Shown: piece by piece, positions 17,674 through 26,563 of the stretch
Position numbering within the stretch: position 1 is the stretch's first letter
How the letters are laid out: the number at the start of each line of letters is the position of its first letter
Origin: Minisyncoccia bacterium
Lineage (GTDB): Bacteria; Patescibacteriota; Minisyncoccia; Phycocordibacterales; UBA918
Direction: 5' to 3'
Assembly (NCBI GenBank): GCA_041738755.1
Contig: JBGSPE010000011.1
Coordinates: forward strand, 70,658 to 134,657
Length of the DNA: 64,000 bases
Notes under the pieces: model-generated
What the model was told of the DNA's origin: nothing
What the model saw: the letters and a program-made list of their open reading frames with translations, nothing else
Database searches by the model: none
Made by a program: the position numbers and the translations under genes

Positions 17674-18138
17674 ATGCCCAGTGGCAAAGTAGTATGTATC
17701 TGCATTGGTCCCGAAGCTAGTGGCAAAATGGAAGAAGTCACAGAGGTAACCGCTGAAGCTGGAAATGGTTTAGTCGGTGATAGATATTACGATGGTAACG
17801 GTAGCTACAATCGTGGCAAACCCGGAAAGCGTCAGGTTACCCTCATGAACTCAATGTTCTTCAAAGGTACGATCTTCACATATAGCGACAGTCGGCGAAA
17901 TATTTTCACCGAGGGTGTGGAACTCATGGACCTCATTGGTAAAGAATTTACCGTCGGTGGAGTCACATTTCGAGGAGTTAAGTACTGCGACCCCTGTAAT
18001 CGGCCAAACACGTTGGCTGGCATCAAGGAAAGTTTTCGAGATGCATTCTTTGATCGCGGTGGCTTAGTAGCAGAAATCGTCACCTCCGGCACCATCAAAG
18101 TCGGTGACAAGGTAAAGACGCCAATAAAAGATTATTAG
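17674..18138 (+). CDS. MOSC (MoCo sulfurase C-terminal) domain protein, YiiM-like
   Basis: AGNGLVGDRYYDG and the beta-barrel MOSC pattern; 154 aa. Confidence 0.65.
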   Translation: MPSGKVVCICIGPEASGKMEEVTEVTAEAGNGLVGDRYYDGNGSYNRGKPGKRQVTLMNSMFFKGTIFTYSDSRRNIFTEGVELMDLIGKEFTVGGVTFRGVKYCDPCNRPNTLAGIKESFRDAFFDRGGLVAEIVTSGTIKVGDKVKTPIKDY

Positions 18139-18217
18139 CACCTACATGAAGTAAGGGATTACACCCACTTCGGTAGGTGTTTTCTCTTGTAAAAAAGTTC
18201 TAACATCGTCCCATAAG

Positions 18218-18265
18218 GCGCACAAAGAAAATGAGCCTATTATCAAAATTCATTTTTTGTATACG
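18218..18265. repeat. 48-bp direct repeat copy 2 (degenerate hairpin)
   Basis: gcgcacaaagaaaatgagcctattatcaaaattcattttttgtatacg. Confidence 0.75.
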
Positions 18266-18309
18266 CCATTTAAAAGTAGAAGTTTTAAAACTTTGATTTA
18301 AGTAGAATT

Positions 18310-18888
18310 TTACTCCTCCACTTCTTCCAGTATCCATGGCATCTCCGGACTTGACGATATGTACTGCGTACAATCTTCTCCGGCTAAATTACAAGATAGT
18401 ACTCCTAATCTTCCCAAGTTATCCCAGTCACTAACTTCCCCATATATTTTATCCTCCAATCTATCTTCACCTAGGTTATAAATTTGAATAAAAGGATCTT
18501 CAAATCCGATAGCTTGTAGTGCAGCAAACTTTCTATTTGGCGAAATGAAAGCTTCTTGAAACGTTTCTATCTCAAAATACTGCTCTACATCATCAGGCTT
18601 TTTACTTCTAGCGACAATTTTCTGTTCACCATTCGATAGGCTTACTTCGATATCTCCTTCATTCACTACCTTTGCACCTGAAATTGTAATTGACGAGATG
18701 TCTTCAACTGTCGCAGGAGTGAAGGTTTCTACAAGGACCACTTTTTCTGGGGCAATATTATATCCAATCCATCCTCCAATAAACGGCATACCAATAAAAA
18801 GCGTCATTGCTACATATTTTGAAAATGGGGTCACCGTATTCAGTTGTTCAAATTTTTTGGGTTTCTCATTTTGCATTACTGTTTCCAT
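18310..18888 (-). CDS. Hypothetical membrane-anchored protein
   Basis: ORF with N-terminal TM segment; no family recognised. Confidence 0.4.
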   Translation of the reverse strand: METVMQNEKPKKFEQLNTVTPFSKYVAMTLFIGMPFIGGWIGYNIAPEKVVLVETFTPATVEDISSITISGAKVVNEGDIEVSLSNGEQKIVARSKKPDDVEQYFEIETFQEAFISPNRKFAALQAIGFEDPFIQIYNLGEDRLEDKIYGEVSDWDNLGRLGVLSCNLAGEDCTQYISSSPEMPWILEEVEE

Positions 18889-18921
18889 AGAATAATTATA
18901 CCTTAGTACTTTTACTTAAAA

Positions 18922-19332
18922 TCAATTACTTTCTACGTACGTTTTAAAATTATTCAAATATGCCTGCCATCCATCTCGTTGCATCTTAAGAGGATTTTCT
19001 GACTCAGGTTCAAAGCTTTGAGTGATGAGAACTCCCGCAAGAGACGCTTCAAATTTCACAACCACATTCCTGCCATCGTCTAAAATGTAATCGAGAGATT
19101 TGTTATCAATCACTTCGTTATATATACCCGAAAAGATAAACTCGGAACTTCCATCTTTGGCAAACATGCGACTTGAGAATTTGCCATCATTTTCTAACTG
19201 ATTAAAAACTCCTTCCGCTCCCCAGTCTTCTGATGCAAATGCCCATCCTTTTATATGTTCAACTCCAGTCCAATAGTCCCATACTTTTTGAAGTGGAGCC
19301 TGAATATGTATTTCAACAGTTATTTTTTCCAT
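18922..19332 (-). CDS. SRPBCC/AHSA1-family protein
   Basis: VWDYWT...W pattern and size (136 aa) typical of the AHSA1-like SRPBCC family. Confidence 0.55.
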   Translation of the reverse strand: MEKITVEIHIQAPLQKVWDYWTGVEHIKGWAFASEDWGAEGVFNQLENDGKFSSRMFAKDGSSEFIFSGIYNEVIDNKSLDYILDDGRNVVVKFEASLAGVLITQSFEPESENPLKMQRDGWQAYLNNFKTYVESN

Positions 19333-19442
19333 TGATTTATCCTACAGTATCTGAGAATAAAATTCTAACAGAGTCCCGTAAGGTAAACTTGGAGATTTAA
19401 AACAGAAGACCGCCCAGAGGAAGTCTTCCTTTGGGCGGTGTT

Positions 19443-19594
19443 AGCTCGGGGGTGTGATGATGACCACAACCACAAATGCAAGGAAGCAACCAAAGAAGAC
19501 AAGTCCCCCAATAGCCTTTACCCATGCCTGGATGTTTCGAAACCGTTCTCGCTTTTGCTCGACAGCAGGAGTACTTATTTTCACGATACGCATA
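19443..19594 (-). CDS. Small (50 aa) single-TM hypothetical protein
   Basis: GGAAGGAG RBS upstream; hairpin terminator downstream; hydrophobic C-terminus (GGLVFFGCFLAFVVVVII). Confidence 0.35.
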
Positions 19595-19729
19595 GCGCTC
19601 TCCTTCCAAAGAAGAAGATATCACATCTCCATAAAAAGCTCTACGTCCTCCCCTAAAGAGCACGATGATTTTACATTGCTTAATTCTGCTGGTTTGCTAT
19701 CTTTTTACTAGAAACACTGGAGAACCGCC

Positions 19730-19930
19730 GTGAACAAACTAACTCCTCCCCCACGAATACTCAATGTTCCTTACGCAGTTACAATAACCACAGCCGCTAA
19801 GCGGGCCGAGCGTGAAGCTAGTGATAAAGAACTTGCCGAAAGAGGCTGTCTGCATCGAGACCCCAATACGTCGGTCCGCTGTGGCAAATCAACACCACCT
19901 GGCTTTGGCTACTGTGACGAACACCGCTGA
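19730..19930 (+). CDS. Small (66 aa) Cys/His-containing hypothetical protein (GTG start)
   Basis: GGAG RBS 8 nt upstream of GTG; hairpin terminator overlapping the stop (caccgctga...tcagcggtgtttt). Confidence 0.35.
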   Translation: MNKLTPPPRILNVPYAVTITTAAKRAEREASDKELAERGCLHRDPNTSVRCGKSTPPGFGYCDEHR

Positions 19931-20066
19931 AAAATTACTTCTCAGCGGTGTTTTGTATAGTCGCTACACATTTTCGTATTTTAAATATATTACAATAGTT
20001 GACAACTTGCCTTAAAAATCACATATTGTTGCTACGTTCCTGTTCCCTTTTTGTAGGCAGGCTTGG

Positions 20067-20486
20067 TTGGAACGTATAAGCGGGACCTATAGGAGATACC
20101 AAATGACTGTTCTTGAACTTGGTGATATCACAAAAGCACTCTCGCAACCGCGGAAGCTACTCGCAGCGGCCTTAACTCGGTTAGCGGAAGAAAAAACTGG
20201 CCGATACTACCAAACATTTGTGCGGACAGGTCACCATGATGATAATAGCGGCCACTTGAATTTCACGCTCTTAACCGCGAGCAAAGACATCCATCTTCAA
20301 CTCGGTCGCCTCAGTTTTGAAGAGCAAATTTACTTCTGTCACGCACTCAACGAAGCGTTTGCTGAAGCTGAAAAACAGCAGCATGTCCTGGTTCGAGGCC
20401 ATAAAGATGTGACCAAGGGTTTGATTTTGGTCAGCCGATCTCAACATGGCACAGATGTTACTTTCATCCTGATACCAGCTAGGTAA
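20067..20486 (+). CDS. Hypothetical protein
   Basis: ORF only; no recognisable family. Confidence 0.3.
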   Translation: MERISGTYRRYQMTVLELGDITKALSQPRKLLAAALTRLAEEKTGRYYQTFVRTGHHDDNSGHLNFTLLTASKDIHLQLGRLSFEEQIYFCHALNEAFAEAEKQQHVLVRGHKDVTKGLILVSRSQHGTDVTFILIPAR

Positions 20487-20664
20487 ACCATATGGTCATA
20501 AAACAACGAGCGCCTGACCAGCGCTTTTTTGATAATCTAGCACACTGCTCTGCCCGTAAAATAAACTTCAGTTGAAACTTTCCAACACCCATTACAATGG
20601 GTGTTTTCTTTACTTGCTAAAGTTTCGTGTTTTGCTATCGTACTAACCAGAAAGGAGTTCTCAC

Positions 20665-21198
20665 ATGACCACTCTAAAGATTCACATCAGTCGAGACGAA
20701 GTTCCGCATCTCACCAAAACGAAACCGTTCATCCATGTTAGAAAGTGTAAGGTTAAGAAAGGTAATGAACAGATTTATCTTAAAGAACTGAAACGCCCCG
20801 GCCAAAGTGATAAATACACTGCTGTGAAACTTGTCTTGGAAAGGCGGTTTATCAATCAGCGGCTCTTTATCCCAGCCAATGTTGAGAAAGCCATTGTGTG
20901 GTATATGAATCATTACCCTGATGCAATCACCACCATCGATGACAATCGATTTGCTTACCGGGTTGCTGGGATGCAATCAACTGGTTCGTGGAACTTAAAA
21001 CGAACCCGGAGATTGCGTGCCGGTGACCAGGTATTCTTCATGAAAGAAACCACGATTGTTCAAAAAGCTATTTATATCGGGACCAATCTTTGTATCATGG
21101 TCTGGGTAACCGGTGGTCCGCTGGAGGTCACAGGACTACATGATATCAAGCAAGCTCTTGGGGCAACACACCTAGTCACCTGGCACCCAGGAGAATAA
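20665..21198 (+). CDS. Hypothetical protein
   Basis: ORF followed by hairpin terminator (cacctacgg...cgtaggtgtttt). Confidence 0.35.
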   Translation: MTTLKIHISRDEVPHLTKTKPFIHVRKCKVKKGNEQIYLKELKRPGQSDKYTAVKLVLERRFINQRLFIPANVEKAIVWYMNHYPDAITTIDDNRFAYRVAGMQSTGSWNLKRTRRLRAGDQVFFMKETTIVQKAIYIGTNLCIMVWVTGGPLEVTGLHDIKQALGATHLVTWHPGE

Positions 21199-21333
21199 AT
21201 TACCACCTACGGAAAACATCTCTCGTAGGTGTTTTCTTTTGAGATCTTTTGCTACTGTATAAAACAAACGTTTACAAATAGTATCATTCCTGTAGAGTGG
21301 CGGAGGTTTTGTTTTTAGGGAAGGGGAATAATA

Positions 21334-21621
21334 ATGACGCGCGAAGAATTTGCAGAACGCTGTAGGCTGCAAAAAATCATGTGGGCAATTGGGTTGGGGA
21401 GCCCGTTATTTTTACTACCGCAATTATTGAAGATTTTGGAAACCAAAGATGTCGGAAGTGTTTCCCTCCTTATGCTTTTGATATTACTCGTCTTTCAAAC
21501 TGCCTATGGCTTTCATGGGTTTGTTCTCAGGCAAAAAATTTACGTCATTAGTAATACGCTCGGCGCAACGATGACACTAGCTACAGCTGTGGTTGCTATG
21601 CATTTGGGAGCTTCATGGTAA
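21334..21621 (+). CDS. SemiSWEET / PQ-loop family 3-TM sugar transporter candidate
   Basis: 95 aa, three predicted TM helices, LPQLLKILETKD PQ-loop motif. Confidence 0.5.
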   Translation: MTREEFAERCRLQKIMWAIGLGSPLFLLPQLLKILETKDVGSVSLLMLLILLVFQTAYGFHGFVLRQKIYVISNTLGATMTLATAVVAMHLGASW

Positions 21622-21713
21622 TGGTTCCCTTCAGCCCATGTGCGATATATCGCGCATGGGCTGATTTTAATTACTTAGACTTACTGGTTAATATTTGTTA
21701 TCTTACTGAGCAC

Positions 21714-21784
21714 GCCCCTATAGTTTAATGGATAAAACTGCGGACTTCTAAGCCGTTGATCTAGGTTCGATTCCTGGTGGGGGC
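21714..21784 (+). tRNA. tRNA-Arg (anticodon TCT)
   Basis: Acceptor GCCCCTA/TGGGGGC, anticodon loop CTTCTAA, T-loop GGTTCGATTCC; terminator hairpin at about 21801..21830. Confidence 0.75.
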
Positions 21785-22219
21785 ACAGTCAAGTAAACAA
21801 AATGGCACTTCTCAAGAAGTGCCATTTTGTTTAGAAAGCAAACTGCTTTGCTTTCGTGCTTGACTGTGAGGCGGAAACATATTTTTCTCCCCTACCCTAG
21901 GGAGAAAAATAGTTGAGCCGGGGTCGAGAGTACTTAGATTTTTATGAACATGGTGAAATAAAAAGCTTAGTAACTCGTGACCAGTGACTTTTAAATTATA
22001 GTAACTCGTGACCACAAACGAAACTTAACCCACAATAGCCAACCCGCGCGCGAGAACCCTATCTAAATTTTAAGCAACAAGATTGTTCTGCTGGCTAAAA
22101 ATACTTAGTAGACCACAATGTGAAGTTTACTTTACATTTAGGCCCAATGTCCTTATACTGTGGTTATTGATACGTATTAAAATTATGTGCAACTTCCCTT
22201 ATAACCTACATACATACTT

Positions 22220-23662
22220 ATGATTCTTCTCCTCGTTTCTTTTGTTGCCGGATTACTTACCGCACTTGCTCCGTGCGTGTTACCACTGCTACCGATTATT
22301 GTTGGCGGGGGTATGAGCGGAGGCAAGAGTTTAAGAAGAGCAATAGTTGTCACGACTTCGCTTGCAGTATCAATTATCCTTTTTACCTTGTTACTAAAAG
22401 TAAGTACGCTTTTAATCAATGTCCCTGCCGATTTTTGGAACGTGTTTTCAGGAGGAATAATTATCACTTTTGGTATCGTAAGTTTATTTCCAAGTCTCTG
22501 GGAAAAAATACCTTTTCTCTCCAACGTACATACGAAAAGCAACCACGTACTTGCCTCCGGCTATAAAAAACAAAATATATGGGGAGACATTATTGTAGGA
22601 GCAGCACTTGGACCAGTATTTTCAAGCTGTAGTCCAACTTATTTTTTGGTTTTGGCAGCAGTGCTTCCTGAGAGTTTTACATTAGGAATAATTTACCTTA
22701 TCGCCTATTCTGTCGGTCTTTCACTCTCACTTCTATTGATTACATTTGTTGGACAAAGGGTTTTAGATAAAGCTGGTTTTGTATCAAATCCTCACGGTAT
22801 GTTTAAGAAATTTCTTGGGGTCATTTTCATTTTAGTTGGTATTACGATTATTACCGGTGCTGACAAGACACTACAGCTACGGGTTCTTGAGTTGGGTTTC
22901 TTTGATGTGACTAGCATTGAGCATAGATTGCTTGAACTTATTCCGAGCGAAGAGGTTGAAGGACCTCTGGTTGTAGATGGAGCTGAAACAGAAAAGCCAG
23001 GTATTACAAATGAGGTTGAAATTAAAGAAGCAATTTTAGACGAAGCAGAGATTACTGAGGAGGAAATCGTAGATACACCACCACAAAGAAAAGCGACTCC
23101 TACAGAGACTGTACCTGCAGTAATAAATAACCCCCCAGCACTTACCCCAGCACCAACGACACCACCTCCTCGTGTCTCAAAGAGACCCAGAACAACACTG
23201 TTGCGAGCTCCTGAGATTGTAAACCCAAGTGGATTTATTAATACCGGTGGCGAACCGATTACCTTTGAAGAATTTGAAGGTAAAAAAGTAGTTTTGGTCA
23301 GCTTTTGGACATACAGTTGTATCAATTGCCAACGAACACTCCCGTATTTGAATGATTGGTACGATACCTACAGAAATCAAGGATTAGAGATTGTGAGTAT
23401 CCATACTCCGGAGTTTGCGTTTGAAAAACTATTAGAAAATGTCGAGGAAGAAGTATTCAACACGTATAACATCAAGTATCCGGTAGTGCTCGACAATGAT
23501 CGCAGTACCTGGAGAGCTTTTGAGAATCACTTTTGGCCAAGAAGGTACCTCATCGATATTGATGGGAATATCGTATACGATCATATTGGCGAAGGAGCGT
23601 ACGCAGAAACTGAAGGTGAAATACAAAAAGCACTCGCGGAGCGGGCCGAACGATTACAATAA
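22220..23662 (+). CDS. CcdA (DsbD-family membrane domain) fused through a Pro/Thr-rich linker to a C-terminal TlpA/redoxin-like thioredoxin domain
   Basis: N-terminal 240 aa are paralogous to the CcdA at 7352..8095; C-terminal VVLVSFWTYSCINCQ CxxC redoxin motif. Confidence 0.75.
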   Translation: MILLLVSFVAGLLTALAPCVLPLLPIIVGGGMSGGKSLRRAIVVTTSLAVSIILFTLLLKVSTLLINVPADFWNVFSGGIIITFGIVSLFPSLWEKIPFLSNVHTKSNHVLASGYKKQNIWGDIIVGAALGPVFSSCSPTYFLVLAAVLPESFTLGIIYLIAYSVGLSLSLLLITFVGQRVLDKAGFVSNPHGMFKKFLGVIFILVGITIITGADKTLQLRVLELGFFDVTSIEHRLLELIPSEEVEGPLVVDGAETEKPGITNEVEIKEAILDEAEITEEEIVDTPPQRKATPTETVPAVINNPPALTPAPTTPPPRVSKRPRTTLLRAPEIVNPSGFINTGGEPITFEEFEGKKVVLVSFWTYSCINCQRTLPYLNDWYDTYRNQGLEIVSIHTPEFAFEKLLENVEEEVFNTYNIKYPVVLDNDRSTWRAFENHFWPRRYLIDIDGNIVYDHIGEGAYAETEGEIQKALAERAERLQ

Positions 23663-23805
23663 TAGACTGACTGTCAGGGGAGTATAAACGTATGTTTGCT
23701 TAGACAAACACTTCCGATAGTTTAGCTGCAAACCTTCTCTCATGCTTATTACTAGACAAAAAGAAAACCCTCAAAGAGGGTTTTCAAAATTCAAAATAAG
23801 TTTAC

Positions 23806-24414
23806 CTATTCTGTTGGTGGTAACAAAACTGCGTTAATCACGTGAGTAACACCGTTGCTTGAAATCACATCAGCAGTTTCAATCATTGCTGAGCCGTTGA
23901 CAGTGATACCATTGGCATTCTTTCGAATAGTAAGTTCTTCACCTTGGACAGTCGTGAGGGTTTGTCCATCAGCGAGATTAGCTGAGGTGTATGATCCTGC
24001 GACTACGTGGTAGGTCAAGATACCAGCAAGGTCAGCCTTGTTCTCTGGCAAAAGGAGTGTATCTACAGTACCGGCTGGAAGCGCATCAAACGCTGCGTTT
24101 GTTGGAGCAAATACAGTGAATGGTCCAGGACCCTTAAGAGTATCTACCAAATCAGCTGCTGCGACGGCTGCGACTAACGTTGTTACATTACTGGCGTTCA
24201 TGGCATTTTCAACAATGTCCATGCTCGGGAGCATCATTGCACCACCCACCATTACCCCAGCCTCTTCTTCCATCATTTCATCTTCTTTTTCCATTGGCGT
24301 GGTCGTTGCCATTGATGTATCGGTTACTGCATCATCACCACCTATTTGGGTCACTGCGAAGATACCGACGATTCCGATAGCTACGATAAGACCAATTAAT
24401 ACTGTGTTGTTCAT
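23806..24414 (-). CDS. Fasciclin (FAS1) domain protein, membrane-anchored, Met-rich N-terminal region
   Basis: FTVFAPTNAAF...TYHVV FAS1 motifs. Confidence 0.7.
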   Translation of the reverse strand: MNNTVLIGLIVAIGIVGIFAVTQIGGDDAVTDTSMATTTPMEKEDEMMEEEAGVMVGGAMMLPSMDIVENAMNASNVTTLVAAVAAADLVDTLKGPGPFTVFAPTNAAFDALPAGTVDTLLLPENKADLAGILTYHVVAGSYTSANLADGQTLTTVQGEELTIRKNANGITVNGSAMIETADVISSNGVTHVINAVLLPPTE

Positions 24415-24503
24415 ATTCTTAAAATTACATTATGATTTGATTGGTAAGGAAATACTTAACTTACTTAAGTATTTTACCGTACTGTATCCTATTTGTCTAC
24501 GCA

Positions 24504-24983
24504 TCAATCGCGTAAATGTTTCAAATCAACCTCCTTTGCAACATCAGAATACTGTTGCACAACAGTATCAAGAGTTTTTACATACCCATATAAGTCACGC
24601 TTACTCACTTTTTTAAATACAATTTTAAGCTGCGCAACGACTAATTTTTCGGTACGAGCAACGAATATCTGCCCTTCTTTTGTAATGGTTGCTATCCTTA
24701 CTCTTGAATCAACACTGTCAGGGCGGACGGTTATGAAAGATTTTATTTCTAAATGATCGACGCTTTTTGAAATATATGGAGCTTTTACCCCCACCTCTCG
24801 TGACAGTTCACTCAAACGGAATCCCTGCCTCTCACGCAACAGCAATCCCAAGACCCCCCAGTCAGTAGCATTGATATCAAGTGGCTCTAGCACTTCATTA
24901 GTTTTTTTCTTGAGAATCCGAAACGCTTTTGCTTGTAATAGCCCAGCGGTATACGAAGTTCGGTACTCAAGCATTGATTTCAT
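24504..24983 (-). CDS. MarR-family transcriptional regulator
   Basis: Winged-HTH pattern (LSELSREVGVKAPYISKSVDHLE). Confidence 0.55.
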   Translation of the reverse strand: MKSMLEYRTSYTAGLLQAKAFRILKKKTNEVLEPLDINATDWGVLGLLLRERQGFRLSELSREVGVKAPYISKSVDHLEIKSFITVRPDSVDSRVRIATITKEGQIFVARTEKLVVAQLKIVFKKVSKRDLYGYVKTLDTVVQQYSDVAKEVDLKHLRD

Positions 24984-25028
24984 ATACCACCCATCATACG
25001 GGAATAAAAAATAAAGTGTAGTTACTAA

Positions 25029-25502
25029 TTACAAAGGAGCCGGTACGATAGTGTCGTCTGTTTGTTCTAAGCTTTCTGCGGGAACAGGCGCTCCAGCTGG
25101 AATTAGGGGCGTTGTAGTCGAAATTTCTTCACCCACCTGTACGGGGCTCGTAGTGGCTACTGCCGGTGAAGAGGCTGGTACAGGAACACTTACTCTCCCA
25201 CTTGAAACTTGCAATTGCTGATAAACCGCGTCTCGTTCTTCCAACTCTTTCAACGCCGCCTCGACAATACTTTCACGGTACACCACCACCTCTTCAGCTG
25301 AATCATCCATCACGAGCGTTGTATTGATATTGCTAAAGTAAAGTTGTGCGCTGAGGGCTGCACCAACTAAAAATACCGTGACAGCAAAACAAAGTCCGAT
25401 TAGCCAGTCACGGGTTGGGTGCATGATTTGATAATCATGAAGGCCAGCTTGTCGACGCAAGATTTTCCCCGTTATTTTTGAAAATGCATTTTTATGAATC
25501 AT
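25029..25502 (-). CDS. Pilus-operon membrane protein (PilP-like position), hypothetical
   Basis: TM anchor plus Pro/Ser/Thr-rich region; last gene of the pilMNO operon. Confidence 0.3.
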   Translation of the reverse strand: MIHKNAFSKITGKILRRQAGLHDYQIMHPTRDWLIGLCFAVTVFLVGAALSAQLYFSNINTTLVMDDSAEEVVVYRESIVEAALKELEERDAVYQQLQVSSGRVSVPVPASSPAVATTSPVQVGEEISTTTPLIPAGAPVPAESLEQTDDTIVPAPL

Positions 25503-26019
25503 AAGATAATACGTATACTAAAAGGGTAATTTTAGCTTCCCAGTTTGTGGGTGTGTCAGCGGTAACTGAGTATTGCGTGACGTATGAAACGTACGGAAGA
25601 TGTTCAAGTATGTTGGTAAAGCGATTAACACTTTCCCGTGAGCCATTGTAGGTAAATCCAACCTCAATCCAGTTATCACCCGCCTTAGTTTCAGGAAGCT
25701 GATTCAAACTATTTGTTTCAAGTGATACACCAATGGTAGGTGCAAGGGATTCGACTTGATTGAGAAAATTGATACTGTCACCCTCTTGAAGCAGGAAATA
25801 ACTCTGTAACTGAGCTCTATCTTCAGCAGACTCTTCAGCGATTCGCTGTAATCGGAAAAATGAGTTTTCCTGACCCTGCTGTTCTGCCAGCGTACGGACC
25901 TGTTCGGCTAATAAAGCTCGTTTTGCTTCAATGTTATATAATACAAACCCAAAAATCCCCACGATGAGCAGTAATATAAGGGAAGACAAAATAAGATTAC
26001 GAAGCGTTACCTGACTCAT
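25492..26019 (-). CDS. pilO: Type IV pilus assembly protein PilO-like
   Basis: N-terminal TM plus coiled-coil; operon position after PilN. Confidence 0.45.
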   Translation of the reverse strand: MSQVTLRNLILSSLILLLIVGIFGFVLYNIEAKRALLAEQVRTLAEQQGQENSFFRLQRIAEESAEDRAQLQSYFLLQEGDSINFLNQVESLAPTIGVSLETNSLNQLPETKAGDNWIEVGFTYNGSRESVNRFTNILEHLPYVSYVTQYSVTADTPTNWEAKITLLVYVLSYDS

Positions 26020-26561
26020 GGTGTTTTGCTGTTAGCAACAGTGATGGTAATTGAAAACGAAATATCTTTATCTTTCGCCAAGTTAGCAATCGGTAGCTCT
26101 ACCGCACTAAACTGCTCCTCATTTAAAAGTCTGTCTCGAAACGCTGCAAGGGATTGTCGGTCGAGCGCTACTCCAGATAATTGAATCGGCGCAATTCCCT
26201 CTTCTGCCCGTGACATTGATACATTCGTAATGGTAATATTGTTTCCTTGTGCGGCATTAATAATTGACATGTATTCTGAGACCGGTGTGAAGTTTGCACC
26301 AGCCATAACCGTCCTCGCTTCCTGGCTTGCTCGAACTAATCCCGTAGTCACATTTTCATAGCTAGCTATTTTGGCAGAAGCTGAGTTAGCTGACTCGGTA
26401 TATGCATCAACCTGCGAACTGATAAGCACGTAGACGGGTAAAAATATAAAACTTGCGCACGCTAAAGCAAACGCGAGTAATAATGCCCACACCGAACCAA
26501 CCCTCACCCAATATTCAAGGGTGATATTTTTTTTAGCCTCTGGTGGGATGAGATTAATCAT
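26016..26561 (-). CDS. pilN: Type IV pilus assembly protein PilN
   Basis: N-terminal INLIPPE motif (PilN INLLP signature) followed by TM. Confidence 0.6.
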   Translation of the reverse strand: MINLIPPEAKKNITLEYWVRVGSVWALLLAFALACASFIFLPVYVLISSQVDAYTESANSASAKIASYENVTTGLVRASQEARTVMAGANFTPVSEYMSIINAAQGNNITITNVSMSRAEEGIAPIQLSGVALDRQSLAAFRDRLLNEEQFSAVELPIANLAKDKDISFSITITVANSKTP

Positions 26562-26563
26562 AT

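Noticed and set aside
19397-19711. 88-aa and 85-aa overlapping ORFs in the 19.4-19.7 kb region
   Set aside because: Cys/Gly-rich low-complexity translations. The 50-aa ORF on the minus strand with an RBS and terminator explains the locus better.
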